This document shows, one piece after another, positions 1-14,092 of a stretch of DNA of 64,000 bases. The notes under the pieces were generated by a model, which was not told where the DNA came from, searched no databases, and was given only the letters and a program-made list of their open reading frames with translations. The translations under genes were made by a program, and so were the position numbers. Origin of the DNA: the human T2T-CHM13v2.0 reference genome, Homo sapiens; NCBI RefSeq assembly GCF_009914755.1, contig NC_060929.1. One strand, written 5' to 3'. Position 1 is the stretch's first letter. Every line of letters starts with the position of its first letter.

Positions 1-508
1 CTTTCCACTAAAATAAATTGACCATCAGACAATTTTTGGTTATATTTCTAACATAGTTTTTAATTAAGTGACAAAATGTTTAAATTTACAAAAATATACT
101 TTAAAACATTTAAGCAAAATAGAAGTGTACAAAGAAAAATGCCCTCATTAGCCCATAGGCAGAAGTGATTATAATTTGAAATGTTTAGGAAGATAACAGT
201 TGTACTTACATCTAAGAGGTTATTTTATGTTTATTTTTTCTTTTCTCCTATAAATACCGTAGAAATCCAAACAAATGCGTTTGTATAAAACACTGAAGAA
301 ATGGTACTACCTCCTTCTCAAACTTCTACCCCTACTCATCATTTTTGTCTTCCGCCTCATCATCACCAAAGAATCAGCTACCTTCTGTGTTTTGTAGGGA
401 AATCTGTGCCTGTTCCTCTTCGAAGCAAGTGGACTTTGTTTCCTTGGAATAAAACTCTGTGGCTTGGGACAACTCACTTTCCCTCTCCAATTTCTTTGCA
501 AAATATGA

Positions 509-846
<338 letters not shown>

Positions 847-1224
847 GCCCACCTTTTATATAATTCAAAATAAAAACAAAACTGGGTCCTAAAATAAATG
901 TCAGGATACCCAACAATTTGATTCGCCCCATGATGACTGTTTCCTTGCTTTGGGGAAATATAGAAAATTCTTCCAATACATGTATTTCTGTTTCTTCTGG
1001 CTTTGGCAATCAAGCCCCAAAAGAACAAGGAGCAATACATTGTCTCTGAGCTCTGAAAGTCTATAATTTGTCAGTTATAATTTGGAGAATAGAAGTAGAG
1101 GTGATGAGATTGAAAAACATAAATAATATCAAATAAAGCTAAATAAGAATAGATCATTTTGAGAGATTGGGAGAAATGAACAAGACTCTTGCTAATGAGA
1201 GCCCTACTTCATAGTGAATTCCAA

Positions 1225-1810
1225 AGAATACAATATGTAAAGGGGCAAAAAAAAAAAAAGTAACTTTACAGTGGAGAAACCTGACAAACGCTACTCGGTC
1301 AGGTGATCAAGGTCAACAGCAACAGTCATAAATCATGTAGATAGTATAAACCCTTGATTTGATGTGACAAAGTGGTATCTTACCTCTGTGGTCTTCTAGA
1401 ATCCATTACCCCTAGTCTAATCATAAGAAAAACAACAGACGAATCTCAATACAGGGGGGGTACCCTCTTACCTCTTTCAAAATTAATAATCAGTAGTCCT
1501 CAAAACTATCAAATAATCAAGACTAACAAAAGTCTGAAAAACTCTCACAGCCAAGTGGAGCCTAGGGTGACAGGACAACTAAATATAATGTGGTACCCTG
1601 GATGGGATCCTGGAGTGGAAAAAGGAATTAGGTAAGAACTAAGAAAATCTGAATAATCATGATCTTTAGGTAATAATAGCATGTCAATATTGCTTCAATA
1701 ATTATAAAAAATTTCATTATAAACGTAAGATGTCAATAATACGCGAAACTGGCTGGAGGGTTGATGGGAACCCTATAGTATCCTCAATTGTTCTTTAGAT
1801 CTCAAACTGT
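1225..1810 (+). mobile_element. L1MC/L1MD 3'-end fragment
   Basis: gtaactttacagtggagaaacctgacaaac...ggtgatcaaggtcaac...cctggatgggatcctgga, characteristic of old L1M 3'UTR. Confidence 0.7.
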
Positions 1811-1820
1811 TCTGTTTCAC

Positions 1821-2102
1821 TTTTTTGCCCAGGCTGGAGTGAAGTGGCAGTGATCTCGGCTCACCGCAACCTCCGCCGCGCCACTCCATCCCACCAGGGT
1901 TCAAGCGATTCTCCTGCCTCAGCCTCCCAAGTAGCTGCAATTACAGGCACCCGCCACCACGCCTGGCTAATTTCTGTATGTTTAATAGAGATGGGTTTTC
2001 GCCATGTTGGCCAGTCTACTTTTGAACTCTGATCTCGGGTGATCCACCCGCCTTGGCCTCGTAAAGTGCTGGGATTACAGGCGTGAGCCACCGTGCCTGG
2101 CC
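1821..2102 (-). mobile_element. AluS with short internal insertion (~1876-1896)
   Basis: Alu reverse complement with extra ccgcgccactccatcccacc. Confidence 0.9.
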
Positions 2103-2476
2103 TAAAACAATTTTTTTAATGAATAAGTAGTTATTTAAAATAAGAATGACAATGGCCTGATGGCATTACACATTTTTGCATAGGCTCACGAAGCCCAGGC
2201 TATAGTGTTTTTTCTTATTCTTTACATGTTGGGAAGGGAGGCTTTTTCAACTCTGCCTAATGATTTTACCTTAACTGAATTTTTCCTGAAATTATCTGCA
2301 GTGAAAAGCTCCTGTGTGTGTGGGTGGGGTCCGGTTGGCCGCGCCCCGCCCCCACCGCCGTGCGCTCGCTCCCTCCCTCCCTCCCACGCTCCCTGCCGCC
2401 AGCCCCACCGCCCCTCGCGTCCGGGACGCCGGTCCCATCCTCGCGAAGCCCCGGCCTCGGGGAATCTCCACGCTCT

Positions 2477-2792
2477 GGCCGGGCGCGGTGGTTCACGCCT
2501 GTAATCCCAGCACTTTGGGAGGCCGAGGCGGGCAGATCACGAGATCAGAGGATCGAGACCATCCTGGCTAACACAGTGAAACCCCGTCTCTACTAAAAAT
2601 ACAAAAAAGTAGCCGAGCGTGGTGGCGGGCGCCTGTAGTCCCACCTACTCGGGAGGCTGAGGGCAGGAGAACGGCGTGAAACCGGGAGGCGGAGTTTGCA
2701 GTGAGCCGAGATCGCCCCACTGCACTCCAGCCTGGGCGACACAGCGAGACTCCGTCTCAAAAAAAAAAAAACAAACAAACAACAAAAAAAAA
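2477..2792 (+). mobile_element. AluY
   Basis: gatcgagaccatcctggctaac, tagtccca, ggcgtgaa diagnostics; CpG-rich; A-rich tail. Confidence 0.9.
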
Positions 2793-3046
2793 ACTCAGAG
2801 CAGATATTATAGCGTATGTGAATTATTAATTTACTTTGTTTTCCCATGGCCAACTCACCTGTTCTAAGCCACAGCCACCTGGCACCTTCAATTTGAAATG
2901 TATAAGGCATAAGCTATACGTTCCTCATGGAAAGAGTAAAAGTTATTTTATAGCCATACCAAGATTGGATTTCGGGTGTACTATTTATAAGCTGTGTAAT
3001 AACGTTGGACAAATTACTTAACCTCTGTGAAACTCAGTTTTCTCTT

Positions 3047-3356
3047 TTATTTTATTTTACTTTATTTTATTTTTTTTAGACGAGTCTCGCTCTGTCACCC
3101 AGGCTGGAGTGCAGTGGCGTGATCTCGGCTCACTGCAACCTCTGCCTCCCGGGTTCAAGCAATTCTCTGCCTCAGCCTCCCGAGTGGCTGGGATTACAGG
3201 CGCCCGCCACCACGCCCAGCTATTTTTTTTGTATTTTTAGTAGAGACGGGGTTTCAGCATCTTGGCCAGGCTGGTCTTGAACTCTTGACCTGGTGATCCA
3301 CCCGCCTCAGCCTCCCAAAGTGCTGGGATTACAGGCGTGAGTCACCGCGCCCGGCC
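3047..3356 (-). mobile_element. AluS inserted in a MIR
   Basis: Full Alu with TSD agttttctcttt; MIR core motif to the left. Confidence 0.9.
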
Positions 3357-3809
3357 GAGTTTTCTCTTTTATTAAAAAAAGAAAATCAACAACAAAGTTT
3401 TGCAGGATTGTAGTGAGTGAATATAAAGTATGTGATTCGGTATCCGGAACATAAAAGTTCTCAGGAAATCACGATTAATAATAAACAGTAACAAATAATG
3501 ATCCGTCCAAACCAAGAGAAGATAATCTCCTTTGGCTGTAAGAAAATATGACTTAAACAGCTCTTTCCTTCAAGTCCTCCTTCCCACTTTAACAGGCCAC
3601 ACTGTACTGAGCATCTAGAAGGCTCTCTGCCAACAGCAGCGCCGGTTTGTTATCTAAGTGAGTCTTGGTCATTAAGCAAAGTCAGGGTCTTTGTTATTGG
3701 TTTCATCCCCACTGGCCTTGCAGAGAAAGCCCAAGCCACAGGGTACATCTCTGCCTGCCAATGCCCTGTATTCCTGAAACAAAAAGGCAATAAAAAACAC
3801 GACAGTTAG

Positions 3810-4250
3810 TGTCAGACACGGAGCCCGGGCTTGGGAGCGGGCGGGGAGGGCTCCCTTTTCTCCTTGTTCCGCAGCACCTGTCACGGAGACGGGAGATGGG
3901 GGCCTGGCCCGGGATGGGCAGCCCTGCTTCCTCCTGCCCCCGCCGCGCTCCCTCCCGAGCTGCTCCGGCCCCGGCTCCCAGCAACGCGGCGGCGGCCCGC
4001 TCTGCGACTAGAAAGCGCCCATTGAGGGCTTGCAGCTGCCAGTGCCGCTTGCCCAAATCCGACATAAAGCCTCGACTTCAGCTCCAGTGAAGAAGACACT
4101 ACTGTGTTCTTCCTGAGCCCCAGTCATGGCTATAAAACATTAAAAGCAAACTGGCGATTGTTAAACACTGCATTTGTTTACACCCCGAATCTTGAATCAC
4201 AATGGGGCAGCTTGGGCTGCCCAGGCCCGGCGAGGCCGGGCTTTCTCCTA
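3810..4250. promoter_or_regulatory. Distal CpG-rich island (candidate enhancer or lncRNA promoter) ~28 kb upstream of PIK3R1
   Basis: Non-repeat CpG-dense segment with GC boxes (GGGCGGGG ~3838, CCCCGCC ~3937); no credible ORF. Confidence 0.6.
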
Positions 4251-5584
4251 GACACTGAAGTCTGTTCTCCGACCCAAGGGACACAAGAAAAGTTGAGTAA
4301 ATACCATATCGCTTTTCTGTTGATAGATGTTTGTTCACGGAGACTTCAACAGGATATTTGCTTGGGGTTGGGTGGGGGTGGGGGGCGTTGGGTTGAAGGA
4401 CACGTCCTTGCAGAACCAAGATGCTGTCTCACGTTAGCTTTGAGGCTCTCTAAAGTATCCTGAAAGAAAACAAACAAACAAAAAAAGCCGAGTTACATAA
4501 AATATATCCGACCGAATTAAGGCATAACTGGCATCCTTAAAAACAAACAAACAAAAAAACCCAAAACTGCTTGGAAGGAAAAATGGGGAGGGGGAAATAA
4601 ACGAAACGATGATGGCAGTGTGGTTAATTGGTTAAGCCAATGGAAGCTCAATACACTATTCTACTCTTGCAAATTTCAAAACAATGTTTCATTTTAAAAA
4701 TTACACTTAAAAAAGTCCCTTTGCTCTCCCTTTTTCCCAGGCTACAATACATAAAACAGATTTCCTTTTAAATGTCGCACTCTATTTCATTTTTGAATTT
4801 TTCAGGGGTTTTGTGTGTGTGTGTGTTTTTCTGTTTTAAAAAGTACATCATAATTTGGTAAATTGAGAAGATGCAGAAAAGAAGTATAATGAAGAAAGTA
4901 ATTATAAGTCCCATGATTTCAATTAGCACTTGCTTATATTCTTATGTATTACCTTTCAATCTTTACATACACACGTGCACACACAGAAAGAAAGAGAAAA
5001 AAATGAACATACCTAAATGGAATTCAATCCTACTTAGCTTTATACCATGCTTTTTTTTTTTTTCCTTCTGGTAACCATTCCCCATGCCATTAGATATTCT
5101 TAAAAGGGTGATTTGTACTGACTTTGGAATATTTCTAGGCTATGTTTCTTTATGCTAGAAAAAGTTCAGACAGTTTTATTTACACCATGCCATACTTAGA
5201 AACTAGAAGAGGATGCTTATAGTTAGAGATTACAAGGAAATGTATTTTGCACTAGATATATACCACTTTCTTCAGAATCATTTAAGAATTGCAGCTGGAT
5301 TCAGCATAGTATTTGGCAAGTACAAATATAGTAATACAATGAAGTTTTCTCACCTTCAGATGTGCTCCAAAAAGAGAAATCAGAAGGAATGAAAATAGAG
5401 TGTGAGGGTGGGGTGTGGAAGTTAGGAGCAAAGCAAGAGAAAGGGAGACAATGCTCAGCCCACCCACCCACACCCACACATAAACACACATACACACATG
5501 CACACACACACAAACACACCAATTTCCGTAAGCCTCACATCAGCTGACGTGATTTCTGTTTCTTAATTAAGAACCTCAGAATCA

Positions 5585-5890
5585 GGCCGGATGTGATGGC
5601 TCACGCCCATAATCTCAGCACTTTGGGAGGCGGAGGCGGTGCAGAGGGGGTGGGGTGGGGATCACTTGAGGCCAGGGGTTTGAGACCAGCCTGGCCAAAA
5701 TGGCCAAACCCCCTCTCCACTAAAAATACAAAAATTAACCAGGCATGATGGTGCGTGCCTGTAATCCCAGCTACTCAGGTGGCTGAGGCATGAGAATTGC
5801 CAGGAGGCGGAGGTTGCAGTGAGCCAGTGTACTCCAGCCTGGGTGACAGAGCGAGATTTTGTCTCATAAAAAAAAAAAAAAAAAAAAAAA
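5585..5890 (+). mobile_element. AluS with G-rich insertion and right-arm deletions
   Basis: 16-bp TSD aagaacctcagaatca (5569-5584 / 5889-5904) at a TT/AAGA site. Confidence 0.9.
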
Positions 5891-6580
5891 GAACCTCAGA
5901 ATCAAAACTCAAAAGAATCCAGTGGAAAATCACAAGGATTAAAGCGAAGAGACATATTGCATATTAGAAATGCACAGCTAACGATGTGACAGCAGAAGGG
6001 TCCAATGACAGGACACTCGGCATTGTTTGATCACCTGTTGCACACAGGGCTGTACAATGGACATGGAAACGTAGAGATGAATAAATAAGTCACAGGCCTT
6101 GGTCCCTTGGAGTTCACAGTCTAATGGGGAAGACAGGATATAAGCAAGTAGTTTCAGCATAGCTTTGGAATTGCATGCAGAGAAGTGAGTGAAGTGAGTG
6201 AGGGCCCAGCCAAGGTAAGACCAGGATTCACAAGAACATCCCAAGATCTCAGAGAGGAAGGGAACTTGGAGCGAAGTAGAGAAGAATAAGACCTTACAAA
6301 CATAGGGGAAAAGGAGTCATAATGGGAGAAATTTTAACAGTTTGATTAATTTTTTTAAAAAAAGGCAAGTGTATTTTAAAATGTCTGTTTTTCCTAGGCT
6401 TGGGAACCAATGTTATTGGATACAAACTTGCCCTTGTTTTTGTAATAAGAGATATTCCTTAAAAAGTTTGGTATATGGCAAACTTTGATATTTTAAGCAT
6501 ATTTCAAAAAAAAAAGGACTCACCATGTAAAGAAACTGAACTATGAATTTGTTTGTTGTCTAGATAACACCTAATTTGAC

Positions 6581-6931
<351 letters not shown>

Positions 6932-7288
6932 TAGTGCAGTCATGAAAATAGTATCTCCCCACTTGTTCCATTCATTAATGTCAAGCCCAAAAGGACCTTG
7001 AGTGAGTTTTATGTTTATTTGCTTGAGCCCATCCCCCAACCCTCCACCCACACACATTCACTTACCCTACTTATATGTGAATATTGCAATTAAGATGGCA
7101 AAAGGCAGGCAGCAGCGCGAGCACATGTGGCCATGATGAATGCAAATGTTAAAGATTAACCTTTTTTAAAAAAAGCAGGTTTACTTAATTTTGAAAAGTA
7201 TCATATTTGCAAAGCTAATTTAGTATTTTTAATTCCCACACTGATTTTTCTTAACCAGTTTGCAGCCTTCCCAACCTACACAGTGACT

Positions 7289-7336
7289 TTGACTTCTTTT
7301 TCTTTCTTTCTTCCTTTCTTTCTTTCTTTCCTTCTT

Positions 7337-7367
<31 letters not shown>

Positions 7368-7536
7368 GTAGTTTAAGATCATTTTTTTGAACAACAAGAG
7401 ACAGGGAGAGGGAGGGGGCAACTACATCCCCCAAGCCCTACCATGGGGAATGGACCTCTCCCTGCCTCCTGCCCCCTAAGCAGCTCCCCTTGTACTATGG
7501 GAGGGAGACTTTGTGCAAACTCAGCCCTGAGGGGGT
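7289..7536 (-). pseudogene. Short processed retrocopy of an unidentified mRNA 3' end
   Basis: Long T/CT tract (minus-strand poly(A)) ending at 7367, then ~170 nt GC-richer unique sequence; TSD cacagtgact at 7279-7288 and 7537-7546, followed by an L1-EN-type TCTT/AA site. Confidence 0.7.
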
Positions 7537-8313
7537 CACAGTGACTCTTAAGGTTGGTCAGGGCTGTAATTACAACTTAGCAAACAGAGAAACCAAAATA
7601 AAGAGGCAATTTTAGCTGCTTTCTCAGGTAGGCCCTCAAATTGTCACCTGTTAGAGTGCATTTTCTGCAGTGACTAGAGCCTGCATCTTTAGACAAGCGC
7701 TCTGTCCATAGAGTCATGAAGCTACTATTCTTGGGAAATGGATCATGCTCCACCCTTTAATTGAACAGAGTACTTGAATTCTTATAGTATTGAAAATCTC
7801 TATGAATTTAACATGGGAGGAGCATGTGCCACACAATCTGGCTGGAGGGGTGGGAGGCAGGAGTCTATGCTTATCTTCCTGTATTTTTCCTCTGATCACC
7901 AGACCAGAATGTGTTTCACTGTGGTTAGAGTAAATAAAGTCTCAGGATAACTTTTTTTTTTCAAACAAAAACAAAAAATTCAGTTGTTCTGAAAAGCACT
8001 GATAATGTGAAATAAGACAACTGTAGCTGTAATTTAAAGGGTCATCTTTGTTTTATTTTTCTTAAATTGAATATTGTTTTTTCAGAATACTTATGTTCCA
8101 TGAATATATTTCTAGTTTGAAGAAACTTAAGCTGCTTTTCAAGGTTATACTTAAAAAAAAAGTCATTTAAAACATTGCATGATCCAGTTTACGAGGTTCT
8201 TAGGTCAATTACACCATTGTTATCTTTCTCTTCTTGAGCATAGTCTATAACCATTGGGGAAAATAATTAAATATAAATGTTTCTGTATTAACTTTGATTC
8301 TGGATGACTTATC

Positions 8314-8629
<316 letters not shown>

Positions 8630-8664
8630 TGAGTTATCTTAAGAATAATATCACTGAAGATACC

Positions 8665-9165
8665 ATACTGGTTAACAATTACTACATAATAAATTACTCC
8701 CCCAAACCAGTAGCTTAAAACCTTCATTTCATTTTGTTCACGGTTTTCTGGGAATTCAGGAAGTACTCAGTCCAGGCAGCTCTCTGTTGGGTTCTCTCAT
8801 GCAGTTGCAGTCAGATGTTGACTCTGGCTCCAGTGACATAAGGATCAACTGTCATAGGTCCAGCAGTTGAGGCCCAGCTCTGCCATAGGTCCAGCAGTTG
8901 ACATGTCTGCAGTGAGCTTGGCAGAGGCTAATAAGCGTATCTACACCAGCATGGCTGTCTCAGGGTAATCAGACTTTTTACATGGCGGAAGACTTTCTCC
9001 AGAAAGGCTCAAGAGAATCAGACAAGGGCTTTTTCCAGCCAGCCTCAGACATCACACAGCATCACTACAAGGTTCAACTGTTTCCTATTGAGTCACTAAG
9101 ATTGGACCTCTCTAGATGGGAGGAGTATCAAATAACTTGCAGATACATTTTTAAACTGCCATACA
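8665..9165. mobile_element. Degenerate MLT1-family LTR
   Basis: aaattactcccccaaaccagtagcttaaaa...gttcacggttttctgggaattcagg resembles MLT1 consensus. Confidence 0.6.
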
Positions 9166-9605
9166 TGTGCTTTTGTGTTTTTCTTCGCAAACAGCTCAGC
9201 ATGTATTCTCTTTAGCTAAAGACCCCAGTAGTTTTTGAGTTCATTTTGTGCTTCCAGAACCTAGCACAGGGTATGTGTTACAGCAAATGCAGCCAAATAT
9301 TTGTTAAACTGAACCAAAGGCTGACAAGCCATGAACTCCTGCCATCCACATGAAGGAGGGATTTTGTGGCTGCCAAATTTTTCTTTTGATAAGTTAGATG
9401 GCTTATCATGCTGATAATACAACTATATATATAGATAATAGAAAACCTTGGTTTTTTTCCCAAGGTAAAGGAGTCTCAGAAATCCTGTAGTCCCACCCTT
9501 TACCTTGTACCTCCCAGCCCTCCTCACCCCACCCCAGTTTCATAGCTGAAGCCCAGAGAAGTTAAGTGACCTAACCAAGTGATAAAGGTATGGTCTCTAG
9601 TTGTA

Positions 9606-9650
9606 TTATGTTGGTGCAAAGTATTTGCGGTTTTTGCTATCAAAAGCAAT
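9606..9650 (+). mobile_element. Half MADE1 (Hsmar1 terminal inverted repeat)
   Basis: ta-ttatgttggtgcaaagtatttgcggtttttgctatcaaaagcaat versus MADE1 ttaggttggtgcaaaagtaattgcggtttttgccattaaaagtaat. Confidence 0.75.
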
Positions 9651-10665
9651 TCCAGGCATTGTTTCTTGTCCATAACAAAATATTGTTTTCTCGGTTACTG
9701 TTTGGGGTTATGACTTTATCAAAAATTGCAGGGACATTGTGGGCGTTAGGTCATTTTTATACATGAGGGTGAGGAAGTGATACTTCTGCCAACCTGTTGA
9801 TCTCAGCAAGAATTCTTTTCCTCCCTGACCTTTCTATTTATTCCATCAGGCAGATAAAGAAAAGACCCAGAAAGATCTCACCAGGAGGCTGTGGGACTCC
9901 AAGTTGCTCTCTTCAGATATAGGTCAAAAAAACTAACTTCCTGACCCTTTCTTCATGCCTTGCAATAAGATCTTGTAGTTTCTATGTCTGGGGCAGTGCT
10001 GAGTCTAGAAGGCTTCCTGTGATTTACAAAAAGCCTGTGAGGAAATGGAGATGTCCCTGAGCCTGCCTAAACCTGCAACAGTGATCCATTGTATTTCCAG
10101 GGGGCAACCCATCATACTTTGATGTAAGACGTCGTTCCAGCCCTTTGGGGTCAGGAATGCAAAATGCCAAGTCATCTATTTTGCATCACAATGATGCAGT
10201 TTTGTCAGGAAGTATAGTATTTTTAAAGTGATCACCCAGTTGATTAACAAAAGAAAAGAAATCACACCTTCTCCTTTGAAGTTTGCCAAGCTTCCCTTAA
10301 CTAAAGAAGGCTCTTTCCTTAGCTTGTATCAGGACCATATTCAAGACTTTTTCAATTTGGAAAATTTCATATTTATTAGGAAAGGTGAATAATAGAGCTA
10401 GTATATGGAACTAATTTCTTAGGTCAGTCAACATTTCTTTAAGTCAATTCATTGAATTGATGTTTGTGTGAATGTCTGGCTTATAGTGAGCACTCAGTAC
10501 ATGTTAATTCCGCTTCTTTTCCTAACACCATTGTATGGGGAATGACTCAGGTTCACAATGTTTAGTATTTCTCCAAAATACTCTGAGTCTTCATTACCAA
10601 AAAAAAAAGTTCGATAACATTTGACCTCCTGTATTTACTAAGGCAGAAAAACCTTCTAAGCTCCT

Positions 10666-10705
10666 TGTATTGGTCAGTGTTCTCCAGAGAAACAGAACCA
10701 ATAGG

Positions 10706-10747
<42 letters not shown>

Positions 10748-11255
10748 GTGTGAGTGTAGGGGGCAAGAGAGTTATTTTAAGGAATTGACTCGTGTGATTA
10801 TGAAAGCTGGCACATTACAAGAGCTGCAGTGAGCAAGCTGGAGATCCAGGATACCTGATAGTATAGTTCCAGTCTGAGTCCAAAGCCTGAGAACCAGAAG
10901 AGCTGATGGTGTGTCTAGTCTAAATGCTGGCAGGCTGAAGACCCAGAAAGAGCCAATGTTTCTGTTAGAACCTGAATGCAGTGGGGGAAAAAACTAATGT
11001 TCTAACTCTAGGTAGTCAGCCAGAAGGAAATTCCCTCTTACACATGGTAGCACCAGCCTTTTTGCTGTATTCAGCCTTCAACTGACTGGATGAGTCCCAT
11101 CCACGTTAAGGAGGGCAATCTACTTTACTGAGTCAACTGATTCAAATGTTAATCTTGTCCAAAAGAACCCTCATAGAAATACCCAGAATAATCTTTGGCC
11201 AAATACCTGGGCATCCCATGGTCAGTTAAGTCAACATATAAAGCTAACTATCACA
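10666..11255. mobile_element. Solo MLT2 (ERVL) LTR with internal (TG)n
   Basis: tgtattggtcagtgttctccagagaaacagaaccaatagga(tg)n ... actatcaca; TG...CA ends and 5-bp TSD ctcct on both sides. Confidence 0.85.
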
Positions 11256-12554
11256 CTCCTTTTCCGTTGAGCACTAGTCAAATTGAAATTTCATAGAATT
11301 TGTGTGTTTGTAATAGAAATGATTTTCTGGTTAACCCTGTTTTACCAAATATGTACGGTGTACCCAGTTCTCCTTAGGATTTACTCTTTGCTCAGAGCAT
11401 TTCATTTTGGGGCATGCAAATAAATGGGATGCCCCCCTTATCCCTGCCCCATTATCCCTTATCCCTGTCCCTGTATGGAATACAATGTACACTCATAACA
11501 TGAAACCAAAGGGAGGATGTTCTATGTAACATTACTGATTCTGTGACCATCCTAGGAAGGAATGCTGGTGCGAGCTCTCCATCTTCACTTCATGAATTAA
11601 TAGACTTGTCATCGGAGGTATTAATAGGGCTTGGAGTTACAGCAAAGCTTCACAGACATTCTCAGACATCAATCACATTTTGGTGTTTGCAGCTCGAAGG
11701 CAAATCATCTGCACAATTATGATTTATATGAAATTCAGGAATCATAAATGTGCTTCACTTTGGTCTTATTCAGAAACCAGTAGCTTTTACTCATGGATGC
11801 TAGCAAGTTTGGCTTGCATGGTGGAGGCTGTGTGCTGTTGAGGTTAATAGCATGCAATTACCCGGGCTCCAACTGCAGCTCTACCAACACAGAAGCAAAA
11901 GTGGAAAACATGGCAGAGTTCTTAGAGTAGAAATAAAACTGTAAAAACAATGGTTGAAGAAGGATCTTTGTGCTTGTTTTAGATAGAATTCATTAAATTT
12001 TTAACTGCTATGCCAAAGAGACTATATCCATATAATCTTTAGACATGCAGTGAGGTAGTTACTGTTATTATCCCCATGCTAGAATTTGAAAACAGAAACA
12101 CAGAGAACATAAGTAACTTGTCCTAAGGTCACTTTGATTTGAAAGTAGGGAGTGTGGTTCCAAGACTAACTACCAAACTAGGTGTTTCTTTGCTGGGTGA
12201 GTCCTCTCTCTGTCACCCAAACAAACACACAGCCTGGCCCAGTGATCCCATAGAGGTGCTGCCTTGCACTGCCAAGTCCTATGGGAATACTGGGCAAAGG
12301 TTCTTTTCTGCTTTCAGACCATACCCCTTGCGTCTCAGGTAGAATACTACAGGGGATAAATGGAAGACCAGATCCAGTTGGGTCAGAGGCCTCCCCTCCA
12401 GATCTTCCGCTCTCCAGAGCCTTTTTCCACCCTCTCCCCTAACCATCAACCACATGTCCCTTAGAGTTTCGTACTGTCCATTCCGCTCAAGACTTGGGTT
12501 TCCCTTTAACATTTTTATTGGTTTTGTAATAAACATCTTGGTGCTGATTAGTTG

Positions 12555-12852
12555 TTTTTTTTTTTTTTTAACCGAGTTTCACTCTTTCGCCCAGGCTGGA
12601 GTAAAGTGGCATGATCTCGGCTCACTGCAGCCTCCGCCCCCGCCAGGTTCAAGTGATTCTCCTGCCTCAGCCTCCCGAGTAGCTGGGATTACAGGCGCAG
12701 GCCACCATGCCCAGGTAATTTTTGTATTTTTAGGAGAGAGGGGGGTTTCTCCATGTTTACCAGGCTGGTCCCGAACTCCTGACCTCAGGTGATACACCCG
12801 CCTTGGCCTCCCAAAGTGCTGTGATTACAGGCATGAGCTACCACGCCTGGCC
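12555..12852 (-). mobile_element. AluS
   Basis: Full Alu; flanking ggtgctga duplication. Confidence 0.9.
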
Positions 12853-13429
12853 GGTGCTGAATTTTAATTCCTCAACCAGCTGGGCTACCCTCGGTAATAC
12901 CCTCAGTAATCATTACCCTCCCCATCACGAACTGCTCACTTGATCACTCAACACATAGAGAGTCTCCTTCATTCCCAATGTAGAATAGAGAGCAGAGATA
13001 ACAGTGGAGAGTAAAGGCAACATGGTCCCTGCCCTCACGGAGTTTATACTCTAGTGGGGAAGACAAACATTATTCAAAGAGTTACATATAAATATAAAAC
13101 TATACTGTGACAAATGCCACAAGGAAAAGGTGCAGAGTTTGATGACCCCAGGACCTGGAATTTACCTAGTCAGAGAGATCAAGGAAGGCTTCCCTAAGGA
13201 AGTGGTGCAGAGCTGAGATCGGAAGAAGCAGGGATGTTCTCCACAGAAAGAACATGCTCAGAAGCCCAGTCAGCAGCAGGAAGGAGTGTGGTGATTTTGA
13301 GGAACCGAAAGAAGACCAGCATGGCTGGAGAACAGAGGATGGGGGTGTGATATGTGACGAGCGAAGAGAAGTAAGCGGGGGCAAGATTGTGTAAGCCTGT
13401 GATCAGGATTCTGGCCTGTATGCCTAGAG

Positions 13430-13608
13430 CAGTTATTTTCAACTTCGGCTACATGTCAGAACCACCTACAAAGCATTTTAAAATACTGATTAAAGGATCC
13501 CATTCCAGAACCATCAAATCCAAACTTCTGGAAGTGAGAACCAGGCATAAGTATTTTTTTTAAAGCTTTCAGGTGATTTTATCATGAAAACAAGGGTGAG
13601 AATCATTG
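13430..13608. mobile_element. MER5A (hAT-Charlie) inserted in an L2 remnant (~12990-13780)
   Basis: cagttattttcaac...gagaatcattg termini; degenerate 8-bp TSD gcctagag/acctatag. Confidence 0.75.
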
Positions 13609-13788
13609 ACCTATAGCAATGAGAAGTCACTAAAATGTTTGAAGATAATATGTATGCTATGAATCTTTAGAGGGAGTTGGAAGCCATTTCCAGATTTACA
13701 TTTCAAAAAGCATCCTCTGGCTAGAACCATGGAGTTATCAATGCTAGTGATTGAGAGTTCAAAAAGGAGACCAATTCAGTGACAACTA

Positions 13789-14092
<304 letters not shown>

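Noticed and set aside
8853-8901. 18-bp direct repeat cataggtccagcagttga with 13-nt spacer
   Set aside because: Two copies only, inside a decayed LTR; a local duplication, not an array.
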